Source of the DNA: Octopus vulgaris
Lineage: Eukaryota
Assembly (NCBI GenBank): GCA_951406725.2
Contig: OX597822.1
Span: 41,602,001 to 41,666,000 of the forward strand
Reading direction: 5' to 3'
Length of the DNA: 64,000 nt
In this document: positions 53,982 to 64,000 of the stretch, piece by piece
How the letters are laid out: each line of letters begins with the position of its first letter
Position numbering within the stretch: position 1 is the stretch's first letter
Notes under the pieces: model-generated
Database searches by the model: none
What the model saw: only the letters and a program-made list of their open reading frames with translations
What the model was told of the DNA's origin: nothing
Position numbers and translations under genes: made by a program

Positions 53982-54388
53982 TAGGCGCAGGAGTGGCTGT
54001 GTGGTAAGTAGCTTGCTAACCAACCACATGGCTCCGGGTTCACTCCTACTGCGTGGCATCTTGTGCAAGTGTCTTCTGCTATAGCCCCGGGCCGACCAAT
54101 GCCTTGTGAGTGGATTTGGTAGACGGAAACTGAAAGAAGCCTGTCGTATATATATATATATATATGTGTGTGTGTATGTGTATGTGTTTGTCCCCCTGCA
54201 TTGCTTGACAACCGATGCTGGTGTGTTTACGTCCCTGTCACTTAGCGGTTCGGCAAAAGAGACCGATAGAATAAGTACTGGTCTTACAAAGAATAAGTCC
54301 CGGGGTCGATTTGCTCGACTAAAGGTGGTGCTCCAGCATGGCCGCAGTCAAGTGACTGAAACAGGTAAAAGAGTAAGAGTAAAAGAGT
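53982..54388 (+). mobile_element. SINE family A, full length
   Basis: Very close to 5626-6057. Confidence 0.92.
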
Positions 54389-54405
54389 ATATCACGGTAT
54401 AGCAC

Positions 54406-54481
<76 letters not shown>

Positions 54482-54841
54482 AAATACACCTACACACATA
54501 ATTATATACAGGATGTTTGGGCTAAATTTTAATGTTTTCTTGTTTTGTTTTTTCTAGAACTCGATGTTTTGGTAAATAGCTAACGGCGTTGGAGGGTATA
54601 AAGATTAAAGTTGTAATTGAGAAAATGTTTGCTGAGATGGAGAACTGGAAACCATCCTAATATTGGAAAAGAGTAACCTGTGTCATGAGGATCCGCGTCG
54701 GGTATCAAAATGCTGATGTAATGACTGCTGCTCAATGCTTTTATGAACTCTGTAAAGGCTGTAAAATGTAACAAAAATTTCGGGCCTTGCGCCTAGAGTA
54801 GAAAAGAATTATGTAATGAGGGAAAATTATATTTTTAAGAT

Positions 54842-54960
54842 AGCAGCAAGTATGGGAGACAAGTCCTGACATGTTTCAGTCGTCAGGCATCCTCAGTTAA
54901 GCAGCAAGTATGGGAGACAAGTCCTGACATGTTTCAGTCGTCAGACATCCTCAGTTAAGC
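54842..54960 (-). repeat. 58-bp tandem duplication, each unit with a minimal hammerhead-like motif
   Basis: Minus strand CUGAGGA-UGUC-UGAC-GACU-GAAA-CAUG-UC-AGGAC, twice (one substitution). Confidence 0.6.
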
Positions 54961-55035
54961 ATAAATTTCACTTTACAGAAGTAAAGATAAGAGAATAATT
55001 AAATAAATTATATTATTAAATAAATTATATTATCA

Positions 55036-55250
55036 AAGCGGCGAGCTGGCAGAACCGGTAACTTGCCAACTGAAGTGCTGAGAGGCATTTAGTCGGTCTT
55101 TACGTTCTGAGTTCAAATTCTCCCAAAGGTCAACTTACCTCTTTATCCTTTCGCTGTCGATAAAACAAGTAACTGTCAAGTACAGAGATCGCTGTGATCG
55201 ACTTGCCCCTTCCCTCAAAAACTGCAGGACCTGTTGGTGAAGAAAATCTA
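55036..55250 (+). mobile_element. SINE family B, diverged
   Basis: Head and core match. Confidence 0.8.
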
Positions 55251-55482
55251 AAATTGATTTGAAGAATTTGCAAGAAATCTCATTAACAAGGAAATATCCC
55301 CCTCGTCTCCGAGTTTTTTTTTTCTTTTTTTTTTTTCGCTTGTATTTCTTCATTTCTGTCGGTGCTTCTGATGGCTGGTTAAGGCTTTCACCAACATTGC
55401 AGTACTCGATCCGGCAAGCTTGGGTTAAAAGTGTCCCGGATATCTGGAATTTCCGGTTTTCTGGAGACAGTGTCTAAATATA

Positions 55483-55710
55483 TACTCTTTACTCTTTTAC
55501 TCTTTTACTTGTTTCAGTCATTTGACTGCGGCCATGCTGGAGCACCGCTTTTAATCGAGCAACTCGACCCCGGGACTAATTCTTTTGTAAGCCCAGTACT
55601 TATTCTATCGTTCACTTTTGCCGAACCGCTAAGTGACGGGAACGTAAACACACCAGCATCAGTTGTCAAGCAATGCTAGGGGGACAAACACAGACACACA
55701 AACACACACA

Positions 55711-55772
<62 letters not shown>

Positions 55773-56278
55773 TATACATACTAATACGTACTAATACATA
55801 CTAATACATACTAATACATACACCAACCCCATACATACGCACGTCCACACCAATCCTACGCACTAATACTCTCTCATACACACACACACACACACACACA
55901 CCCTTATACATACTAATACATACACAAACCCTATACATACACACGTCCAGACCCCTCCTACGCACTATTAGCTGGTCCTTCAACCATATTATCAACCCTA
56001 TTATCTCCCCTTATTTCGCTCTCGCGTCTCATGTTTGATCTTTGACCTCTGGCCGAAATCAGATCGCCATGTTGATTCGTTAGCTACTGCACGCATTTTT
56101 TTTCTCTCCTTCTTTCTGTGTTTTTTTTTCTCTCTGTGTATCTTTCTGTTGAAGAGCGTAGGCTCGAAACGTTAAAGACTTGTTTTATTTATATTTCCTG
56201 AGTGCCATACTAATACAATTGTTCGTTTGTTTTCCACCTGCCTTCGTCTTTTGTCTATTTTCATAAAGCTTCCCGTTA

Positions 56279-56355
<77 letters not shown>

Positions 56356-56519
56356 GACGGGCTTCTTTCAGTTTCCGTCTACCAAATCCACTCACAAGGC
56401 TTTGATCGGCCCGAGGCTATAGTAGAAGACACTTGCTCAAGATGCCACGCAGTGGGACTGAACCCGGAACCATGTGGTTGGTAAACAAGCTACTTACCAC
56501 ACAGCCACTCCTGCGCCTA
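55483..56519 (-). mobile_element. SINE family A split (55483-55712 and 56353-56519) by a PLE end (+ strand, about 55760-56280) carrying a minimal hammerhead at 56141-56178
   Basis: UCUUU-CUGUUGA-A-GAGC-GUAG-GCUC-GAAA-CG-UU-AAAGA; (TA)n on both sides of the insert. Confidence 0.85.
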
Positions 56520-57594
56520 AAAAATATAAAATAAAAAATATACTAAAAATATGAAATAAATTACAATAAGTAGAGAACTACATTGTATTTAAAAGATTTA
56601 ATTTAATACTCTTCCAAAGAAGGGCGTATTTAATATTTATTAATCCACTTAAAACATTTTTAAATATATCATACCGTACGATATATATAGTAGAATGTTT
56701 ATAGGTTGAAAATTAAACGAAGAAATGTAAAGAACATGATTTTATTTAATAGATACAAATACAATTTAACATATTTCTAAATCAAATTAATCAACTTCAA
56801 AACTAAGATATTTGCTCAATACAGAGTATAGCACGATATTCCATCGCATCCCCGGGTTTCTGAAAGCCAGATAGGCGATACGATACTATACTAGAAAATA
56901 GAATAGGTATATGATATAAGGGAAGTAACTCAATTCAGAGTTTAAAGAGTTATTTCCCCTATACCATTATTATATCGTTTCCTTCCATCAGTAGACGAGA
57001 TCATTCTTAATCCAGTCGACGGATGGTCGACATCCTTCCAGCCATGACTAACCTGTCCCATTTTACATATTGTGTACCTTGGTTTTTGTTATCCAATGTA
57101 GCTTTCGTTTTCTTAAGGAATTTAGTTACGATCCGAGAGAAATTTATCCATTATTTCTAACATATCGACCGACAACGAAGAAGTTCTTTTGATGTGGTCT
57201 TGTTTATGTGAGAACGTTTGTGTATGTGATGTGTGTTCGTGCCTATGTGTGTACGCGTGTTTGTATATATATGGGTGTGCCTGTGCGTAATGTGTGTGTG
57301 TGTGTGACGTATACATATGCTTGAATGTTTATGTATGTTTGTTTATATGCACGTTAGTGTATACGTCTACGTGTGTGTGTGTGTCTGTATGTATGAAATG
57401 GTTATGTATGTGTTGTGGATGTATGTATTTGTGTATACGCGCGTGTATGCTTATGTCTTGGTATATGTAGGTTCGTATATTTTGTGTGTGCGTGTTTGTG
57501 TACGCGCACGCGTGTGTATGCGCATGCGTGCGTGCGTGAGGCGAATGACCTTACGATTATGAGACGAATGCCCTAATGACTTAGCCAACTGTTC

Positions 57595-57760
57595 GACCTA
57601 CAGTTGTGCTGGGGCACTGACTTGAAGGGTTTAGCCAAACAAATCGACCCCGGTACTTATTTTGAAACTCCATCAGTCTCTTGGGGTAAACCGCTAAGTT
57701 ACTGGGACGTCAACAAGCTGGTTGCCAGGGGGTGGTGGAAGGACGAGTACAAACGCAAGG

Positions 57761-57795
<35 letters not shown>

Positions 57796-58512
57796 GATAC
57801 ATACATACATATAGATGTGTGAGTGTGTGTGTGTGTGTGTGTGCGTGTGCCTATGTGTGTGTACGCATTTGTGTATATATGGTTGTGCCCCTTGCGTAAT
57901 GAGTGGCTGTGTGGTAAGTAACTTGCTTGCCAACCACATGGTTCTGGGTTCAGTCCCACTGCATGGCACCTTACTATATCCTCGAGCTGACCAAACCCTT
58001 GTGAGCAGATTTGGTAAACGGAAACTGAAAGAAGCCCATCATATGTATGTGTGTCTGTGTTTGTCCCCCCCCCCCCCTACCATTGCTTGACAACCAATGG
58101 TGGCGTGTCTACATCTCTGTAACTTAGCAGTTCAGCAAAGGCACCAATAGAATAGAGTACTAGGCTCACAAAGAATAAGTCCTGGGGACGATTTATTTGA
58201 CTAAAGACGATGCTCCAGCATGGCCGCAGTCAAATGAGTGAAACAAGTAAAAGATGGGTGCCATTTAAATGGCACCCATCCATGACCACAGCCTATGATT
58301 CACAGGTGCCTTTTACATGTCACTGGCAATGGCCATGACTACAGTTTTATGGGTGTCATTTACATGACACCAGCACTGCCACAAAGTTTGCTTCTTAACC
58401 ATATGGTTCTGGGTTCAGTCCCACTGTGTGACACCTTGGGAAGGTGTTTTCCACTATAGCCTTGTCAATGGATTCAATTCAGTAAATGGAAACTGAAAGA
58501 AGTCCATCGTAT
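57595..58512. mobile_element. Cluster of SINE family A pieces (57595-57770 minus; 57900-58254 plus; 58383-58512 plus)
   Basis: Similarity to family A. Confidence 0.8.
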
Positions 58513-58534
58513 ATATATATATATACATATACAA

Positions 58535-59202
58535 CATCATCATCATCATCATCATCATTTAGCGTTCGTTTTCCATGCTGGCTTGGGTTGGACGGTTCGA
58601 CTGGGGTCTGGGAAGCCAGGTGGCTGCACCAGGCTCCAATCTGATCCAGCAGTGTTTCTACAGCTAGATGCCCTTCCTAACACCAACCACTCCGAGAGTG
58701 TAGTGGATGCTTTTTACATGCCAACGGCACAAGGGGCCAGAGGAGCTGGCATCGACCATGATCAGATGGTGCTTTTTACATGCCACTGGCACGGAAGCCA
58801 GTCAAGGTGGCACTGGCATCGGCCACATTTGGATGGTGCTTTTTACATGCTGCCGGCACGGGGCTCACAACTACAATTTCCATTTGATTTGATTTTGATT
58901 TTGCTGATGTTGATGTGCTTGACTCAATAGGTCTCCTCAAGCACGGCATGTCACCCTACAATCCAAGGTACTTTTGAGTGGGCTGGTTATGCCGCACTGG
59001 TGTAGGTTACAACTGTGGACTGACTTTATTTGCTGGGTCTTCCCAGTCACAGCATACCTCCAGAGGTCTCGGTCTTTTGTCATTGCTTCTGTGAAGCCCA
59101 CCGTTCAAAGGTCATGCTTCACCACCTTATCACATGTCTTCCTGGGTCTCCCTCTACCTCGGATTCCTTCCACTGTTTGGGAGTGGAACTTCTTCACACA
59201 GC
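58535..59202 (-). mobile_element. RTE-related 3' end and SINE-like tail family F ending in (GAT)n
   Basis: Minus strand RGRGRPRKTCDKVVKHDL (about 59105-59165); tail shared with 61080-61410. Confidence 0.75.
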
Positions 59203-59271
59203 TCTATATGTATGTATGTATGCATGTATGTGTATATATATGTATGTGTATATATATGTATATATACATAT

Positions 59272-59482
59272 TTTATATCTTTTACTTGTTTCAGACATTC
59301 AAATATTTGACTGAGGCCATGCTGGAACACCACCTTGCAGGGTTTTAGCTAAACAAATCGACTCCAGGACTTATCTTGAGCCTTGTACTTATTTTATTGG
59401 GCTCTTAGAACAAACCTCTAAGTTACAGGGATGTAAACAACCACCACCAGTTACCAAGTGGAGAGCAAACACAGACACAAAG

Positions 59483-59537
<55 letters not shown>

Positions 59538-59547
59538 GATACATATA

Positions 59548-59593
<46 letters not shown>

Positions 59594-59756
59594 TACGATA
59601 GGCTTCTTTCAGTTTCTGTCTACCAAATCCACTTACAAGGCTTTGGTTGGCCCAAGGCTATAGTAGAAGACACTTGCCCACGGGTCCACGCAGTGGGACT
59701 GAACCCAGAACATGTGGTTAGTAAACAAGCTACTTACCACACAGCTGCTCCTGCAC
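59272..59756 (-). mobile_element. SINE family A, full length
   Basis: Reverse complement of family A. Confidence 0.85.
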
Positions 59757-60201
59757 ATATTTTTTTTAATTATTTTTATAAATTATATATATTTATTTTA
59801 TTATAAATGCAAAAAATCCCCACAGAGGAATCAATGTAAGCTTAAATAGTAAACCGTGATAGGTGAACCGCGACAGTTGTACCACGACAGGTGATCCGCG
59901 ATATGGTGAGGGATTACCGTAATTAAATTATATATGGCACATTTTATTGTTTTCCTATATATGTGATTCATGGTCTGTGGCAAAACTGTCTCACATGAAA
60001 CCAGTTCGTGGTGTGAAAAAGGTTGGGGGATTGCTGGAGTAAACGATAAAAAGTGAAGGGTGGAGTCGAAGAAGCGACTAAGTTATGATAATGAGATAAG
60101 GAGAGAGGAAGAGACAGATAACAGAAGGAGGAGAGACAGAGAGGAAAGAGAAGAGATAGGGATGAGTGAGATATTAAATTATCTTTTCACCTCATAGCCT
60201 T

Positions 60202-60249
<48 letters not shown>

Positions 60250-60819
60250 ACTCTCTCTTTCTCTCTTCTCTATTTTCTCTATCACCACCAACACCGAAAA
60301 CACTCCCTCGTTTCTCATGATGTCATCAAACTTGGAAACTTGTATCTTAAGAGTTTCTTAATCTTTGCTTTTGCTCCATAATTTACATCAGAGCCTCACT
60401 GTGACACATCTATTACACAACACACACATGCATGGATACACAGATACACACACAAAGACAAAAACATAGACATATACATATGCACACAAGCACACACACA
60501 CACACACACACATTCACACAATACCATTACATACATTTATTGAATCACATTTAGTGCATAACACACAAGCACAAACACATATTCATATGCACACACACAC
60601 ACACACCTTTCGTTTGTAATCAATATCAATCTTCACATCCATGTTTGCTTGATAACTTGGCATTTGCTCCCTCTTTTTCTCTCCCTCTCTCTCCCTATCT
60701 CTCTCCCTCTCCCTATCCCTCTCTCTCACTTTTACCCTCTTTCTTGTTTCTCCCTCTCTCTGTCTAAGCTTTCCATTCTTTAAGCATCTTTCAATATATT
60801 TATCTATCAGAAAAAGCCT

Positions 60820-61411
60820 CATGGAGGCATCTGGCACCCATGCTGGCGGCACATAAATAGCACCTGTGGAGTATTGGACCTCATGGAGGAAATATAGCCA
60901 ATGCCAGTGGTACATAAAAAGCACCTTTGGCCGTTGGGCCCCACAGAGGCAATGACAAATGACCAAGACATTTGGCAATATGCCATGCTTGAGAAGAAGA
61001 CCCATAGAGACAAGCAAAATCATAGCCATGGCCAATACTGGTGTCATGCCACTGGCATCCATGCCAGTGACATGTAAAAGCACTCATTACACTCTTAGAG
61101 TGGTTGGCATTAGAAAGGGCATGCAGCTGTAGAAACCATGCCAAATAAGACTGGAATCTGATGCAGCCCCTCAGCTTACCAGCCCTGATCAAACTATCCA
61201 ACCTATGCAAGCATGGACAATGGATGTTAAAAGATGAGGATGTTGATGATATATATATATGGCATTAGGAAGGGCATCCAGCTGTAGAAACTCTGCCAGA
61301 TCAAGATTGGAGCCTAGTGCAGCCAGCTGGTTTGCCAGCCCTCAGTCAAAATCGTCCAACCCCTGCTAGCATAGAAAGCGGACGTTAAACGATGATAATG
61401 ATGATGATGAT
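60820..61411 (+). mobile_element. Family F element plus second tail copy (61260-61411)
   Basis: GGCATTAG.AAGGGCAT.CAGCTGTAGAAAC...GTTAAA.GATGA twice. Confidence 0.75.
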
Positions 61412-61430
61412 AAATATATATATATATATA

Positions 61431-61914
61431 AGGCAAATAAGAAAATGGAGAGGATAATCAATCGATAGACATCAGCCTGTATGTAGACATTCATTTATAT
61501 CTATTTATTAATTGATTTCAATCATATGTATAAATAATCAGAATAAACCAATGAAATAAGCAAATAAACAAGTAAATAAATAAATAAATAAACAAATGAA
61601 TAAGAATAAATGAGTGAAAAATAGTAAACTTTTACAGCTGTTTCTTGCCCAGTCTGCCAAGTTTCTGTGCCCTTGGCAGATTGGGCAACCCCATAGAAGA
61701 AACAGGCGTAAGACCTTAGTATTTTTCACTCATTTATTCTTATTCATTTGTTTATTTTTATCTATCTATTTACTTGTTTATTTGCTTATTTCATTGGTTC
61801 ATTCTGATTACTTATACATGTGATTGTAATCAATTAATAAATAGATATGAATAAATGAATGTCTACAGGCTGATGTCTGTCGATTGATTATCTTCTCCAT
61901 TTTCTTATTTGCCT
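61431..61914. repeat. Fold-back of about 484 bp (arms about 193 bp plus paired centre)
   Basis: 61431-61623 is the reverse complement of 61720-61914; inner hairpin 61645-61661/61672-61688. Confidence 0.92.
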
Positions 61915-62099
61915 CATAAATTCTGGATAAATTTCTGTTTTACTTCCACTCATACCTAGTATTCAAATGTGATATTGCCCTGCAATAGTAAGCACTTGGA
62001 TATAAATACATAGGTATACACCCAATAGTATGTTGGATATTTATTATCCCTTAGATGGTTGCGTAACCTCTAACTAATAGACATGTGTGTGTGTGTGTG

Positions 62100-62395
62100 T
62101 GAAGGTGCATAGCTTAGTGGTTAGGGCAATAAGCTAACAATCATAAGGTCATGAGTTCAATTCCCAGCAACTTTATTTCACGTTCCTCCAGTCCACTAAG
62201 CTGGCAAAAATGAGTAGCACCTGTATTTCAAAAGGCCAGCCTTGTCACACTCTGTGTCACACTGAATCTCTCTGAGAACTATGTTAAGGGTTCACATGTC
62301 TGTGGAGTGTTCAGCCACTTGCATGTTAATTTCATGAGGAAGCTGTTCCATTGATCATATCAACTGGAACCCTCATCGTCAAAACCGACAGAGTG
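62100..62395 (+). mobile_element. SINE family C
   Basis: Colinear with 18991-19302. Confidence 0.85.
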
Positions 62396-62650
62396 ATCCT
62401 AGAAGCTAGGATCACCAAGCATAGATTGGCATATTTCGGTCATATTATGCGGAGAAAATCCCAGAAGGACATCATGCTCAGAATGGTCAGTGGCAAGAGA
62501 GGAAGAGGCCGACCAAGAACCCGCTGGCTTGACACCATCAAGAGTGATACCGGAATGGACATAGCCAATCTGAAAGAAGCGGCCCAGGATAGAACTGACT
62601 GGAGGACACTGATCCAACGAGTAACCGAGAGTTGACTTCAGCTGAGTGGA
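62396..62650 (+). pseudogene. RTE LINE 3' end
   Basis: RLAYFGHIMR...GKRGRGRPRTRWLDTIK...AQDRTDWR. Confidence 0.9.
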
Positions 62651-62685
62651 TAGATAGATAGATAGATATATATATATATGTATAT

Positions 62686-62900
62686 ATTCTTTTATTCTTT
62701 TATTTGTTTCAGTCATTTGACTGTGGTCATGCTGGAACACCACCTTTAGTAGAGCAAATCGACCCCAGGACTTATTCTTTGTAAGCCTAGTACTTACTCT
62801 ATCGGTCTCTTTTGCCGAACCGCTAAGTTATGGGGACATAAACACACCAGCATTGGTTGTCAAGCAATGTTGGGAGACAAACACAGACGCACAAACATAT
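62686..62900 (-). mobile_element. SINE family A, 3' half (head remnant at about 63352-63410)
   Basis: Reverse complement of the tail. Confidence 0.85.
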
Positions 62901-63834
62901 ATATATATACAGCTTGCTGGCAACATCTCTGTACAAGACTTACATAACTTCTACAGGCCAATCATCAAAGCCGCCTCCCTCTCTTCTTCCTCATCATCAT
63001 GGTCATCATCATCACCAGCGTCGTCATCATCATCATCTTCATCATCTTCATTTAATGTTCACTTTTCCATACTTGCATGGGTTGGATGGAGTTTACTTGA
63101 GACAGATTTTCTACAGCTTTCTGTCACCAACCCTCCCCTGTTTCCACACAAGGTAATATTTCCTTTCATGGCCATAAATTTTCTCGCAGAAGATTGGAAA
63201 TGAATGACACAGTATGGTAGGGACACTCATTTACAAGTATCCTATGATGTCAAGCCAAGGAAACAACAAACACACTCACACACACATAACACCCAGAAGA
63301 ACTTCGCTTGACCTGGGAATAGAGTAAAACACATTTGCACATGGTGTCACACATGTGGAACCATGTGACTAAGAAGCAAACCTCTTACCACACAGCCAAA
63401 CCCATGCCTACATCTAGTTTTTAAAAGACCACCAAAATAAAGAGTATGACACCAGATCAAAAGCCTTCTACAGATCAACAGATGCTTGATAGAATGATTT
63501 ACTCTTAGCAAGGAATCTCTCTTACATACACTAGGAAGAAGGCATTGGTGGTACCACTTCACAGCAAGTACATTTTAGGTTTGTACCAGGAAGAGATATT
63601 GCCAGTACCCCTCTCCAAACACAGACCTGATCTGCATCTCATCTAAACTTTCTTTTTAGTTAATTGTGCCATAACTCTTTCATAACTTGATCTATCAATT
63701 TGATACTCCACTGTAGTTGACTCTTGACTCTCTCTCTCTAATCTACTTACTTTGCTCTTGTAGCAGTGAAATTATGATACTACTATGCTGGTCATTGAAC
63801 ATGACCCCCACCTTGAACTTGACTCAAGACATAA

Positions 63835-64000
63835 AAAGTATCCAATGTGGTGTGCAAGACAGATGACTGTGATGGTATGGTGATGTGCTGTGTATGGATG
63901 AGGAGACCTGTGTGAAGAAATGTCACTCCCTAATAGTGGAAGGAACCCATGGAAGAGAGAGGCCCAGGAAGACATGGGATGAGGTAGTGAAGCATGACCT
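63835..64000 (+). pseudogene. RTE-related LINE 3' fragment
   Basis: GRERPRKTWDEVVKHD, same family as 59105-59200. Confidence 0.75.

Noticed and set aside
55773-55970. Spaced CATACTAATA repeats, superficially array-like
   Set aside because: Irregular low-complexity repeats in a PLE 3' region; eukaryotic context with no cas genes.
59830-60040. Tigger-like and hAT-like terminal motifs
   Set aside because: Single ends only; no partner TIR or TSD found.

Overview
Repeat-dense, AT-rich animal genomic DNA. The SINE families, compound microsatellites and LINE types look most like an octopus (coleoid cephalopod) genome; that is inference. I find no convincing host protein-coding gene, and nearly all ORF-track entries are microsatellite read-throughs or decayed transposon fragments. 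The window holds dozens of tRNA-headed SINEs (about six families), restriction-like-endonuclease (REL) LINEs of R4/Dong type nested in (TAA)n, a second REL group next to (CATA)n, a decayed HERO/NeSL-like LINE, RTE fragments, three mariner remnants, a Tc1/mariner-like element with a nested Helitron, two piggyBac-type MITEs, and many Penelope-like element (PLE) ends. The main result is a set of hammerhead ribozyme (HHR) motifs, mostly in PLE-type repeats. One architecture recurs at 828-973, 93-238, 4985-5097 and 2899-2976: a complete HHR core in a non-standard strand order, closed into a ring by an extra helix and a canonical kink-turn, with both RNA ends leaving at the A9/G10.1 junction. It fits none of HHR types I-III and covaries between two unrelated repeat families. 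All RNA structures were paired by eye and are untested.
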